Shown here: positions 47,729 through 61,400 of the stretch, one piece after another | Position numbering within the stretch: position 1 is the stretch's first letter | Layout: every line of letters starts with the position of its first letter | Source: Macrostomum lignano | Taxonomy: Eukaryota | Length of the DNA stretch: 64,000 nt | Direction: 5' to 3' | NCBI GenBank assembly: GCA_002269645.1 | Contig: NIVC01002050.1 | Span: forward strand, 1 to 64,000 | Translations under genes and position numbers: made by a program | The notes under the pieces: generated by a model | The model's input: only the letters and a program-made list of their open reading frames with translations | The model's database searches: none | Told to the model about the DNA's origin: nothing

Positions 47729-49030
47729 GGATTCAACCCACTTTGGCAAAGGAATTTTTGGTAAAAGTCAGTAATGGCAAAAAAGACTTGCAGTGACCAT
47801 TTTGTCTAAAATTGATCCACTTTGTCAAAGGGTTATTTTTATTATTGGCAGTAATTATTGCGAGCAATTATGTTATAGGTGGAGTAATTATAACAAATTA
47901 AAAAATTGGTGTCTATAAATAAAAAACAATTAAAATGAACAAATTGAGCAATTAAAATTGATTACTAAAATTAAATGTCATTTGGGCTAAGACATTTAAA
48001 ATAAAGTTAAAATAAAGTACATTGAGCAAATATATATATATGTGAAAAGACAATGTATGCACAGATATGCACTGACAAATTATATCCATACCTTTCCGTA
48101 TCTGGATAGATTGTTGGTGTGAAATCCTTGTTTTACATTTTCAATACTGCCATCTACCACATCTGTCACAACTGATGGCATGTTGATGAGCACTTACAAT
48201 TTTCACACAGAGAAGATATAAATCGCTAGGTGCATTCATAGTTGCAGAGCGCAAGTCAAGTTTTTATGAGAACTAAGCAGAAATAGTCTAGTGCTATTGT
48301 GTTTTTTTAACTGTGCTCAATCATTTTAGTAATTAAATTTATTAATTCATGCGTTGGTTGGTATATATAAGGACCAGCAGTCATGCATGGCTCCAAACCC
48401 CCTCCCTCTCTATAAATCCATTGATTGCACCTTGCATCATGTATACATCTAGCTATATATAGCTAAGTTGTGAGTTTTTAAATGTGCAAACTGCAAATAT
48501 CTATCTAAGATAGTCAATGAATAATTTGAAAGATATTTATACATGTATAAGTATCTTTTCGCTGAAGTGGTTAATTTCTTTCACTGAAATTTGCATCTAT
48601 GAGCCTCTTCATATTGCTGGTTCGAAAAACAGAACCGGTTCCAAACTGGTTCAATGCTCTTTATATTGATGGTTTGAAAAACAGAATCAGTTCCAGAACA
48701 TGGTTCTGGTTCTAGAATATGGTTCGAGAAATTTTCTCAAACCGTTGTCATGTTTACATTTTAACAGTAAAATATATTTGAAATCATCAATTTTTTATTA
48801 TTGTTATATAATTCTTCCTTTTTTGTCATATCCAAGAGGAAACAAAGTCAAAAACGACAAAATTAAATTGTAAAGACTGTCACACATAAAATGGGTTTGA
48901 AGCTCCTCTTTCCCACTCACTGGTTCTGGTTCTAGAACCGATTACCGTGAAGAGGCTCTATGTAGACAAAAAATTCATCTTCGCCAAAATGTCTTTTGCG
49001 AAAATTCCTTCGCCAAAATGGGCTGCACCC
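47729..49030. mobile_element. Non-autonomous TIR element, copy 1; about 30-bp imperfect TIRs; probable 8-bp TSD (G/A)TTGTCAT; contains a nested MITE
   Basis: Left end GGATTCAACCCACTTTGGCAAAGGAATTTT; right end reverse complement GGGTGCAGCCCATTTTGGCGAAGGAATTTT; both ends align with 52919-53502. Confidence 0.7.
48601..48958. mobile_element. 358-bp MITE, 11-bp TIR GAGCCTCTTCA, 3-bp TSD TAT, GGTTC-rich subterminal repeats
   Basis: TIRs at 48601-48611 and 48948-48958; TAT at 48598-48600 and 48959-48961. Removing it restores continuity with the homologous copy at about 53390-53502. Confidence 0.8.
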
Positions 49031-50959
49031 ATTGTCATCTATAGGCCTAATCAGCTATGTTGTATTGAAATCCTATTGCTAATTTATATTATCAATATTG
49101 ACAATGATCAATAGGAATAAATAAAATATAAATGTCTTAAAATTAAAAAAATAGCTAAATTTGATTTCTAAATAATTCTTTATTGTTATATTAATGCAAC
49201 TTTCTAAAAACTATCTAAGTAAAAGTAAAGTGCACCTAGTTAGCAATTAGAATAAATATATATTTATTGGCTAAGTAGGAAAACTATCTGGATGCTGATA
49301 GGCCCTAATCTTAAGATCTCACTGCTTCACAAAAGAGAACAATGTTGTGTTGTGCCTGTATACAGTCAAAAAGCTTAGAAAAATAATCACAATATACTGA
49401 ATCTTTAAAATAATTTTTCCTACAAACGGAACTGTCAGTCATGTTAAAAAAATATCGCGTCTGATAACTAATGACGAAGTGATCGTTAAAATTGGCGCAA
49501 GGCAAAAACAGTTTCCTCGTGTATGTCTGAGTGAATGCAACAAAAGCAAATGCCTTACTTTATAGTCATCAATATATTGATAGTTTTTAAATAGGAACAT
49601 TTGTTGTTTATGTATGGCTCATATATATACATATACTGTACTGTACTGTACTGTACTATAATATGTACTACTGTACTGTACTCGTACGTCGTATATACCT
49701 GCAAATCGCTGGCCGTATACTGTGGTACTGTGACGACGGGTCAATTCTGTTCCCAAAAAAATACATAAAATATTGGGGTGTAATTTTTTGAACTTGAATA
49801 ACTTGATCACATCACAGATACTATATAACTAGATAGGTCACTCCCTATCTCGCTGTGGGGACCAAAAATGATACTACCCTTAGGACGGTAGTGTAAATGC
49901 AAATTATTTGAAACATTCTTATCAGCGACTAAGATGAAATCGATCGGAAATGAAGTTTTCAACCATATGCACAATATTCTACAGTGTACATTCTTGACTC
50001 AAGGACTACTTAAGTAGAAGGACGCAAGACTCAGAATTGGTGAAAATTTCATTGATGGTCGATTTTCAATGTATCTCCTGTGTACGCTATTGATCGTAAG
50101 ATGCTTATTTTTGCGCAGAATAGGCAGTAACATACGCCCTTTCCTTTAAGACATCAATAAGTTGAACAATTTGGACTTGAAACACCTCAAAATACTTGTC
50201 AACAGTACAGTCCTATTACTAAAAAAATCATCTAAAATTGCTGATTTTATTGTCAAAAAAAACAAGAAAAAAACGTCAAAAGAGACGAAACTGCAAACTG
50301 GCAAGGTAGCAGAAACAAGAAGAAAGACGACCTAGCAGGCGACGACATCATCGGTGGCGTCCAATTCGTCGCCGCGAATTCTTAGTCGAGGGCGTCCAGA
50401 TCCGCGGTTGACGCTCCAGGTCCGGCTTTTGTGATATGAAAACATTAAGCGACGAAGATGGCAGGTTTCCTTTCTCCTACTATATATATGACTGGGCACC
50501 GCTGTTAATTTTTGTTGTCTATGGCTAAAAGACCCTTTTGCTTGACCAAGCAGAAGAGAGAGCCATATCTATATATATATATTTTTAGGAAAAAGTGCTA
50601 GGCATCGCCGCGGCGCAGTGCTATTAATATGTTTTGTCTATGACACAAACTCGACAACTTGAATACTGCTTTACCATGCACACATGCAGAAAATGAATCT
50701 CTTCTAAACATGCTTTACCATGCAGGGCCGCTTTACCAGAGCACACGTTTGCAAAATTGATTTTTTATTTTGGCTATTTTTCGCTACTGATGGCTGGTCC
50801 TAAGAGTAGTGTGAGAGTAAATTAACCGAGTGACCTATCTAGTTATATAGTATCTGTGGATCACATACCATGGGTAAAAATTCACATTTTTGCTTAAAGT
50901 TTAATATTTAATTTGTATTAGAAAAATTTATTGTACACGTACAGTAGTAGACGTCAATG

Positions 50960-52745
50960 CTTATTATCATTTAATAAGACAAGGCAGTGGCCGATCAGCG
51001 TCTCGTCGCCTCTGCAGAATGCGACCGAGGGCCAGCACGCGGGTCCGGGCCGCCAGTTGGTATTGCTCGGGGCCGCTCGGGAAACTGGATGCAAAAGGTG
51101 GCGATGGCAGCTAGGCCTCCAATTTCGACTCATAAGTGGCCGTCATGCGAAAGCCTCGAGCCCAGCACCCGTCTCAACTGCAGAATAGGGCGATCTTCAG
51201 AGTGTCGGTGGCGAGTCGGCAATTGAAGATGGAGCGAAGGTGGGAGGACCCGCCACGCCAGCTGCTTGCGGTTTGTTGACAATGACATCCGGGTCAGTGA
51301 CCATGCAGGACGCCCACAGATACTTGAACGTGTTGCCGTCAGGTAGAAGCAGCGGAAGAGAGATCGGAGGCAATGGCAACATGCAGCACATCTGTCGATC
51401 TTGCCGCAGTTGATGTGGAGCCCTACGCGCTTTCCCTCGTCAACCAGCCGACTCACCGCCCTCTGCGCAGCTAAATTTGGGGTTCCAGCAGATCGCACCA
51501 GGGGGTCATCGGCATAGGCGAGGCAGGTAAGCTTCACGCAGGGATCGTGGAAGCTACGGTGAGGCACCACTTCATATAGCGGTCTTCGTCGCACAGAGCC
51601 TGCAGCGGCATGACGTAGTCGATCAGGATGGCAAATAGAAATGGGAATAAGGTGTCACCTTGCAGAACCCCGGAGATGGAAGCAAATTCAGTTGTATGTA
51701 GGGCCGTGGTCAGTCTGGAAAAAAGCCTTGGACGAGCTGTAGAGGTCCATGATCGTCTGTACCAGCAGCTGAGGAACTCCATGCTGCTGAAGAAGCCAGG
51801 TAATGCCATGACGGAGTCAAAAGCCTAGCAGAGATCTACAAAGAAAATTGGCACTGCCTTTTGGCGAGTCTCGCAGGTGTCCATGATGCATCGGATCGCA
51901 GCGACTTGTTCTGCTGTTGACCGTCCAGGTCGGAAGCAACTCTGGATGTTGAGAAGCCGCTGGTTGAAGATGAGCTGAATGCGGCTTCGAAAAAAATAGT
52001 TTTGAGGACTTTGGCCAGAGTTCATTCCAGGGAAATGCCACGCAAGTTGTCGAGGCCTATGTCGCTCTTTGCTCTGGGGCACTAGCGTTTGAGTCCCCAC
52101 ACAGGCAGCTGGAGCGGTTGAGAATTCCGGTGATGACAGGCAGCAGCTCGGGCATCTTCAGGACACGCGGTGGGATTTAGTCGATTCCCGAGACCGCATG
52201 GTCCTTAAGGCCTTGGAAACTTCATCCATATAGAGATCGGGGCGCAGTTGAAGTCGGATGGGCAGGCGAGCGGGCAAAGAGCAACGCTGGGAGCTGGGGC
52301 ATTGTGCACAACATGGAAGTGGCCCGCAATCAGCTGTAGGCGGTGCACGATGGAATCAGCGCTGATTGATAGCATTCGGTGTGGCTCGCCGTCCCGTGAG
52401 GCGGTTTATGGTGCGCCAGGCCGCAGCATGACGGCAGTTGTCAGTAGCAGCTTGGATCTCCATCACAGCTTCTTAGGTGGACAGCTCAGCAGCTTGGATG
52501 TGAGCGGCTTGCAGCGCCTGTGCCTCAGCCGCGGTGGAGGCAGCAATGCTGGCAGTGCCATGCCGGGCAACTGCGGCCTGCATGTCTTGACGGGCTCTGA
52601 TAACATCCGGGTGAGAGATCTCAAGTGTGCGCCCGATTGCTGCGGTTGCCTCTTGGAGCACCGGTCTGACGCAGAGCTTCCAGCAACAGCTCCCAGAAGT
52701 TGGCTAGGAGTGATAACTTCGTCAACCAAGAGTTGCATGTTTCGA
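50960..52745 (-). mobile_element. Decayed RTE-like non-LTR retrotransposon fragment (RT region)
   Basis: Frameshifted motifs FRPGRSTAEQV, IFFVD, GVLQGDTLFPFLFAILIDYVM, LAYADD, AAWRTINRLTGR; many stops. Confidence 0.8.
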
Positions 52746-52918
52746 CTGGTAAGTCAAAAGTATGAAGGCAGCAAAAAAGATAACCGGATAATTTTAAGAG
52801 ATCTTTTCGAATTAGTTCAGTCTTAAAGTATTGTGTGTTTTCATTGCATGGAAGCAGATGGCAAGGATTTCCACGTTCGAAAATTGTCAGTTTAACAACT
52901 GAACGTTTTACATGTACT

Positions 52919-53502
52919 GGTTTTAACCTACTTCGGCGAAAGAATTTTCGGCGAAAGTCAATAACGGCGAAAAATACTTTCGCAATGACCATTTCGTCTA
53001 AAGCTGACCATTTCGGCGAAAATTTTATTCCAAGCTTCGCTGAAGAGTTTTTTGTTTTAGAAGAAAGTTAAAAAGAAAAACGACGAACTTTAAAAAAGAC
53101 TAATTTTATCGTGACATGTTTTTGTTTTGCCGCAGTTTAATTTATTGATAGTTGTTTTATTAGATGCCCTTCCGTTACGGCGGAATTTCAAAGTACGATT
53201 TTAGGAGCCTGGATAGTCTGAAAAACCACACCGTCATCATCCCTAATCTATCAACTGCATATCGATAGATCGCATGTACAGTCATGAGTTTTTAAATTTT
53301 CTAACTGCAAATAATTTGCAGCAATGAACAATGTATTTAAAGCTTCAATCACCAAAGTGGTATATTTGCAATATATACGTAGCCAATCTTTTCGCCGAAC
53401 TGGCACTTTCTTTCGCCGAAATGTACATCTATTGAAACTTAAAATTCACTTTCGCCGAAGCGTCTTTCGCCGAAAATTCCTTCGCCGAAATGGGCTGCAC
53501 CC
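52919..53502. mobile_element. Non-autonomous TIR element, copy 2 (584 bp), with inverted subterminal TTCGGCGAAA repeats
   Basis: Left end GGTTTTAACCTACTTCGGCGAAAG; right end ...TTCGCCGAAATGGGCTGCACCC; TSD degenerate. Confidence 0.7.
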
Positions 53503-54921
53503 GTTTTACTTGGGGACTTTGTGCACAACCTGAGTCTGCTACCGAATGGTCCTCATTCTGGCTAGTAGCTTGTAGCGTTTTCTCAATGCTCACAAAGCGG
53601 CGCTAATTTGATCCGCGCAAATTTCTCACAGCCCTGAGTGACTTGACATCTTTCGAACTGTTCATTGTTAACTGTGCTAACCGGTAAATACAGTTACGAT
53701 GCTCCATTTTGAGCGCTTTGACTTTTCACTTTTATGTCAAATTAAAACATCTTATTGATGTCTCGAAAAGTGTAGAATAAAGGAAGGTTTTAATGTAATT
53801 TCTTCTTCCATATGTTGCATGTCCATGTACAAACAATTTCGAAATTCTTAACAATTGGTCCGGCGCGTTATAGTTTTTTAATAAAAAAATAAAACAAACT
53901 TCATTCGACGATACTCGTACAAACAGTGTATTGTGCTAGTGAGCACTTCTCTAGGTTCATGCGTTTCACATCTTGCAGGTGTTACAAAGCAAACCAAATA
54001 TAATTAAAAGCCAGTGCACGATCTTGTCAGGCAACTGCGACATCATCCTCTTTCGTCTCCCACCCCCCGCTAGCTGTCAATACAGTCGCGAGCTTTGACT
54101 GGGAAACTTGAGTTGCGGTGGTCGGCCTGCAAATTACAGAGAATCTTCTGAGAGTCCTTCGCTGCGGAGTCTACTCAACTATAATACTCTTATCGCCGTG
54201 AGGAATTAGTCAAAAGAGCTAAACATACAGTGGCTATAGTATAATAGGGCAGGAAGCCGACAACAGCAAGGATATGGAAACAGGATACAGAGCAGCTGCC
54301 GTAGGAAGAAACAAGCAGCGCGGCAAAAATAAAGGGAAAGAGCTGCTGGATAGCAACTACCTGTAGAGTCGGCCGGGGATGCGACGCTAAAAGAACTGAT
54401 GATCATCGCAGCAGCCCATGCACGGCACGCGAGCCATGCTGAGTCCGCGCTTCTCAACCTATTATATCCTATAGCCTAAAGCTCGGCTGCAGAGTAAAAA
54501 TTGCATGCGTTTGATCTTGCAAATATGAGATTGCTTTGCGCTCTTTTTCTCAGCTAAAAATAGAAAGCTTTCTTGCTGCGCCTTGCGCGTTACAACCTGC
54601 AGAGGTGGCGGGCAGATGCGGAACTTCACTTAACTGAGCTCAAGAATAGGCAGCTTTCTAATTGTCCCAAAGTGACTCGGAACCGCCCAACAAATCGCAG
54701 ACATCCAACCTTCGGCGGCGAAGAATAGACGATAATTTTGGCTGGCTATTTTGACGAATTCTGCGCACAGGCCACGCAGCCGGCTGGTGGCATCAATAAT
54801 GCTTTCGGCATTAATTCAATATGGATTTGTTTAAATAAGGAAAGCTCAAAGACGTATACATGTACTCGTAAGCTTAAACATTTGACTGGCAACAGGCTGC
54901 TGAGACTCGGGCTCCCTTTCC

Positions 54922-55247
54922 ATGCCTCCCTCTCCGTACCTCCCTCTCCGTACCTCCCTCTCCGTACCTCCCTCTCCGTACCTTCCTCTCCGTACCTCCC
55001 TCTCCGTACCTCCCTCTCTGTACCTCCCTCTCCGCACTTCCCTCTCCGTACCTCCCTCTCCGTACCTCCCTCTCCGTACCTCCCTCTCCGTACCTTCCTC
55101 TCCGTACCTCCCTCTCCGCACCTCCCTCTCCGTACCTCCCTCTCCGCACCTCCCTCTCCGTACCTCCCTCTCCGCACCTCCCTCTCCGCACCTCCCTCTC
55201 CGTACCTCCCTCTCCGTACCTCCCTCTCCATACCTCCCTCTCCGCAC
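54922..55247. repeat. 14-bp minisatellite TACCTCCCTCTCCG
   Basis: Tandem periodicity. Confidence 0.95.
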
Positions 55248-55518
55248 CTGCTCCCAGTCCGGCAATCGGGATGAAAAGCATAGCTGCCAACCGGATGTTT
55301 TTCTTCCGCGATTTTCATGGCTCTCGAATTTCTGCACTGCCTCTCATGGCATGCTTCGCTGATGTGGGCATCTGATCGAAAATCAGCTAAAGTCAGTAAA
55401 AATTTAATCTAACCATTTATTATACACATGCATTGACGAAATAAGAGAAACATTAATTTAAGCTTAGCAAGTATGAAATGGCAAAGGTAGTAATTAGAAT
55501 AGACAGTCGGCGGTCATT

Positions 55519-55842
55519 TCATCCATCAGAGCCTTCTGTTTGCTTTTCTAAAGGCTGTGAACTGCTAGTGTCCTTTTTGTAGGTTAAAATGTGTCGGATA
55601 CAGCAGAAGCCGTGCATGGTCAGAAGTCCTTGGCAGCTGGTTATTAAATATTTACGCATATCGCCTGTAGCACCAAGAGACCCACGTGGCTTATTAAGGT
55701 CCTTAAATAATTTCTCAAAGCCTATCATCTGACATGTGCCGATATAGTTGTTTAGTGCATTCAAAACCGATGCCCGATTTCTGTGGCAGTATAAGTACTG
55801 CTTCAGCTCAGCCCTTATAGAACTTTCATCATTGTCTCTGCC
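55519..55842 (-). CDS. Candidate exon of an unrecognised gene (107 codons)
   Basis: Open frame GRDNDESSIRAELKQYLYCHRNRASVLNALNNYIGTCQMIGFEKLFKDLNKPRG... starting right after a CTCAG acceptor at the edge of a minisatellite. No homology recognised. Confidence 0.3.
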   Translation of the reverse strand, partial: GRDNDESSIRAELKQYLYCHRNRASVLNALNNYIGTCQMIGFEKLFKDLNKPRGSLGATGDMRKYLITSCQGLLTMHGFCCIRHILTYKKDTSSSQPLEKQTEGSDG

Positions 55843-57005
55843 CTGAGAATCGCCTCTGATCCGCCCCCCCCCCGTCTACCACTGAGAATCGCCTCTGATC
55901 CGCTCCCTCCGTCTACCACTGAGAATCGCCTCTGATCCGCTCCCTCCGTCTACCACTGAGAATCGCCTCTGATCCGCCCCCGTCTACCACTGAGAATCGC
56001 CTCTGATCCGCTCCCTCCGTCTACCACTGAGAATCGCCTCTGATCCGCCCCCCCCCGTCCACCAATGAGAATCGCCTCTGATCCGCCCCCGTCTACCACT
56101 GAGAATCGCCTCTGTTCCGCCCCCGTTTACCACTGAGAATCGCCTCTGATCCGCTCCCCCCGTCTACCACTGAGAATCGCCTCTGATCCGCCCCCGTCTA
56201 CCACTGAGAATCGCCTCTGATCCGCCCCCGTCTACCACTGAGAATCGCCTCTGATCCGCTCCCTCCGTCTACCACTGAGAATCGCCTCTGATCCGCCCCC
56301 CCCGTCCACCAATGAGAATCGCCTCTGATCCGCCCCCGTCTACCACTGAGAATCGCCTCTGTTCCGCCCCCGTTTACCACTGAGAATCGCCTCTGATCCG
56401 CTCCCCCCGTCTACCACTGAGAATCGCCTCTGATCCGCCCCCGTCTACCACTGAGAATCGCCTCTGATCCGCCCCTGTCTACCACTGATCCGTCCCCGTC
56501 TACCACTGATCCGCCCCCATTTACACCTGAGAATCGCACGCGAAGGTGTATTCAGCACGCCAGTGAAGTATGAGACAGACCAGGCCTATGGGCTACGGTC
56601 TGCGATGCTTCACGCCTGCCCCTATCTTCAGCAGGTCAAGGCTGGAGAGGGATGTCTGCACCCGCTATTTGCCGCTGGCAGCCGCAGACCCCCCCTCACG
56701 CTGTTTCACAAGTCGACCCAGGGTACTCGTCCCCGCGTGTGTTCAAGGCAGACCCTAGGGCTGCTGGACAGACTGGGCTCCGACGCTGGCGACCCATCCA
56801 GTGGCTTCGGCCGAATTTGGGTATGCGGGTCTGGCTTGCCAGCCTGCAGGCCGTGGTACTGCTTAACGTACCCCCTAATGCCTAAGGTGTTTGACCGTGC
56901 CGATGGGCTGGAAGGCCGGGGGGTTGTCCGGTCGCTAGCGGTCCTTTTCTTTTTCTTCTTTCCTCTTTCTTTTGTGACTCAGCTCACTCCTTCCCGCTTT
57001 CAGCT

Positions 57006-58471
57006 ATGGCGTCATCCGCCTCTTTAACCCCCGCTGAAGCCGGGGCCCCGGCAACTCCGGCCGGTGACTCTGGCACCAGCGCCGCCCCACCGGGGGCAGA
57101 TGGGCTTGCCGCCGGCTCGGCCGGTGACATGCCCGCACGCGCAACCGGGCCCTCCGCTGAAGCCCGACGCACCCGCAACCAACGCCGCAACGAGCGGCGA
57201 CGGCGACTACGGGGTACTGCGGGCCGGCCACCGGCGGAGGGGAACCTAGGGAGGGCGAGGCTGCTGTTGGGCCGAAAGGAACCACAGCAACCCCTGCCCC
57301 CCAGGATACAACCCCCGCTGGTGAGCCACCCAGTATACCTGCTACAAGCGCGGCCGGGCCTTCGGGAACCGCCGCCACCAACTACGCCTCAAAGGTCAAG
57401 CTCCAACCGGCGGTCATCGTCTTCGGGGAAGAGCAGGACCTCACGGCCGACGAGCTCGACAGTGCCTGGCGCACCATCGATGCTGCGCTCATCGACCAGC
57501 TCCTGGCGGGCCGCCCTGTGAGCGTGGTCAAGTCTGCCAAGACCGACGGCTGCATCTTCATCTGGTGCAGCTCGGAGGAGAGCAGCCGCAATCTACGCGA
57601 GCTTCTGCCAAAGCTGAACTGGCCCAAGAAGCTCGGCAAGCTCGTCTTCGCCAGCGAGGGCGAACGACAGAAGACCCAGCGCTTTCGCGTCTGGATCCCG
57701 GCCGGCAGTGCCATTAAGTCCGGAGATCAGCTTAGGCAAATATTGCTAAAGCTGCACCCCGACCTTGAGGTCAACGGGCTCCTACACCACGCCACTTCCC
57801 GCAAGGAGAAGGGGGCTACGGTGATCCTAGGGCTCTCTGATGACTGGGCTAAGCGCTTGCCGCCTAAGTCCACAATTCATATTGGTCTGACTCAGCTGAC
57901 CATCCTCCGTTGCGAGGAGCGGAAAGCTGATGAAGCCAAGAATGCCAAAGCTTCCGAAACCGGAACTGGGGCCCAGGCTCCTCCGGCAAAGAAGCCGAGG
58001 CAAACGGCCGATCCTATGCCCGGTAAGGCAGTTCGCGCTGCTGAAACCGGAAATCGCAATCGCAGACCCGCCAGGAGCACCCGGAGGTCCGGCCTGATCC
58101 AGCGCGCGCTGGACCAGGCCAAGAACCTTCGTGCGCATCGTGAGCGGGCCCGCGCTTCTCGCGCTCCACCCCAACAGCCAGAAGGCCAGACTCTAAGCGG
58201 GGAGGCTCCGACCGACTGGTTCGAGTCTGTGACTCACCAGGAGGCTGGCGCCACCCGCATCGACCTGACCGACGAGGCAGAGGGGACGGGCAGTGACAGC
58301 ACCGAAGCACGCAGGGGAGGCGACGGTAACGTCCACGCTGGGCTCACGTCCGCGGAGGACTCCACAGCCACCCTAACTGCTGAGGACGCTGAAACTCCCA
58401 TGGAGGTCTGCGGGTCACCCACCACTGAAAAGGAGGAGGATGACCTGCTCAACGATTCCCCAACTGCGTGA
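57006..58471 (+). CDS. LINE ORF1 (one frameshift at about 57250); DUF4780-like central region
   Basis: Joining 57006-57250 with the 57518-58471 frame (open upstream of 57518) gives one ORF. RFRVWIP...LEVNGL...GATVILGLS resembles LOA-type ORF1 (judged from memory). Confidence 0.7.
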
Positions 58472-58473
58472 TA

Positions 58474-61400
58474 ATGATCAGCAACCAGGGAATCCATTGC
58501 CTGCAGATTAATCTGCAGCACTGCGTCGCAGCCTCGGTCAACCTTATGCGTTACGCCGAGCTCGACAAGCCGGGGCTCATCCTCGTCCAGGAACCCTGGA
58601 CTCTCAGAGGTAAGCCTCAAAACGCCCCTGCTGGCTACAATTGTTTTTATACTTACCCTCGCGAGGCCAACCAGCCTCCCAGAGCTTGCATCTTTGCGAG
58701 CAAAACGCTCAGTGCGTGGCTCAGATCGGACCTGTCCAACAGGGACATCTGCGTCATCCAATCCGAGGACCTTCTTCCTGGGAAGACCACCCTCATTGCC
58801 TCGGTTTACCTACCAGGCGATGCTGCGGTCGTCCCCAGAGCCTCGCTACGCTGGTAGAGCTCTGCTCTGCCAAAAACTACGAGCTCATGGTTGCCGGCGA
58901 CATCAACGCCCACCACACTCACTGGGGCAGCACTGGCATTAATCAGAGAGGCGAAGACCTCCTAGCCTACGTTGCCTCTACGACCCTCGAGTTCTGCAAC
59001 TCTGGGTCCACCCCTACCTTTGACAACGGACGGTGGTCGGAGGTGATCGACGCTACGCTCGCAACGCCCAGACTCTACCAGAGTATTGGGGCGTGGCGGG
59101 TGCTTCCAGTGTCCTCACTCTCGGATCACAAGTTCATCTCCTTCAACCTAATGGCCGCGCGTAGCGCAACTCGTGTTACGTGGAGACGGAACGCCAGAAA
59201 TACGGATTGGGAAACCTTCGGGCTCGCCCTGAAGGAATTCCATCGGTCTCCTGGCCAACCATCCACGATCACGTCGTGCCGAGAGGCGGATGAGTGCGCG
59301 ACTGTTTTGACAGAGACGCTAACCGCCGCCTTTGAGGCGTCCTGCCCTTTAAAAGCCTATAAAGGGAAAAAATCGGCGCCGTGGTGGAATCCCGAGCTCG
59401 GCAACCTCCGTCGCAGGGCTAAGAGACTCCACCGCAGAGCAACTAAAACTAAGAGCCCAGCGACCAAACCGCCTATCATGAAGCAATCATGAGTTTAAAA
59501 GGCAGGTTAGGAATGCAAAGGCTCAAAAATGGCGACAATACTGTGAGGAGCTAGAGGGCTCACGCCCCACCTCCAGAGTTGTGAAAGCGCTCACGCTGGA
59601 CAAAATGTCTAAGCTCTCCTCGGCAAACGCACCGACGGTACGTCCACGGACAACCCAGGGGAAACGCTTGATGTAATGCTCACTGCGTTTTTCCCCAACG
59701 AGCCAGCTAACCAGACCACTCCGGATCACTCGGAGGGAGGTCACGCGCTGGCTGCCTCTATCATCACGGAGGACCGCATTGTGAGAGCGGCAAATTCCTT
59801 CAAGCCTTTCAAAGCCCCAGGACCCGACGGCATTGTACCGGCCCTTCTAAGAGAGGCGGTTAAATGCCCAGGCTTCCTGCGCAAACTTTGCAGCCTTCTT
59901 CGGGCATGCATCACGCTTGGTTATGTCCCACAGGCATGGACCGAGACAAAGGTGATCTTTATCCCTAAGCCAGGCCGCCCGGACTACCATTCTATCAAAT
60001 CCTTCAGACCGATCAGCTTGACCTCCTCCCTGGTCAAGCTGATGGAGAGACTGGTGCTTTGGCGCCTTCTCTCTGTTGAGCTGAAGAACAAACCTCTCAG
60101 CGAGAACCAGCACGCTTTTCGGGCGGGTCGCTCCACTGAAAGCGCGCTGCACGTCCTGGTCGATAAACTCGAGAAGGCCGTGCTTGGTAATGGCTTTGCT
60201 CTGGGGATCTTCCTGGACATCATTGGCGCCTTCGATAACGTCCTCTTTGAGGCGTTCCGAAGAGCTCTTTGTGAGAGGCAAACACACTCACATCTCACCA
60301 GGTGGATCATGTACATGATCAGCCATCGCACGGCCACCGCCAGTCTGCTGGGCTACCAGAGGACGGTCCCCGTCTGCAAAGGTAGCCCGCAAGGTGGGGT
60401 GCTGTCTCCAGTTCTCTGGAATTTGGTCATCGATGAGCTCCTCCGGGATGTTCGGCCTGACCCCATTCTGAAAGTTGGATATGCGGACGATGTCACCGCG
60501 GTGGCATCTGGTCCGTCCCCTGATACCCTCAGGGACCTTCTTCAGAACTTCATCTACGCTGCTGAGCAATGGGCGGACCGCTGTGGTTTAAGGCTCTCTG
60601 AGACTAAGACCGCAGCGATCATGTTCACCAGCAGGACCAAGTGGCAGATTCGGCCGCTCACGCTTTACGGAAGGGAAATCCCCTTCTGCAAGCAGACTAA
60701 ATGTCTGGGTATTACCCTGGACCACAGGCTGAACTGGTCACCCCACGTTCAAACAAAAGCCAAAAAGGCCTTCGCAGTCCTCGCGCAATTGCGCAGGGCT
60801 GTCGGCACCACCTGGGGGCTCACCCCCAAGCGCCTCTGGTGGATCTACACTGCAATGGTTAGGCCCGCTATCTCGTATGGCGGCCTGATCTGGGCTAGCG
60901 CCCTGCAGATAAAGACCTGTCTAGAGGCTCTCAGGAGAGCGCAGGGGCGCGCTTGTCGCACGATCATGAGCGCCCCTCCGTCTGCTCCTTACGATGGCCT
61001 CAACGCCTTCCTCAACATTCCTCCGCTGGACATCTTTGTCCGCAGGGAAGCGGCTAAGACTGCCCGCCGTCTAGCTGACGCTGGCATTCGAATCCAGCCC
61101 CATAGGGCCATGGCTAAGCGCAAGCTTCTGCCCCACGCTGACCTCTGCCTCAAGGACTTGAGAGACAGCGGCGGGCTCCACGTCCTATCTGACGGCGAAC
61201 CCCGCACTCTCAACCTCTTTCAGCGCTACAAGGTCACCATCCCCTCTAGGGATGCTGCCAATGACCACTGGAATTTCCAGGAGGTCCATTGCTACACGGA
61301 CGGATCCATCAAAGACGGTCGCGCCGGCTTTGGGGTCTGCATGATCATCAACGGCCGCGTAATTGCCACGCATGCCCAGCACACTGGTAGACTCTCCACA

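Noticed and set aside
49630-49685. (TACTG)n microsatellite, and the GTTCTGTTTT repeat at about 17480-17555
   Set aside because: Ordinary simple repeats with no further structure.
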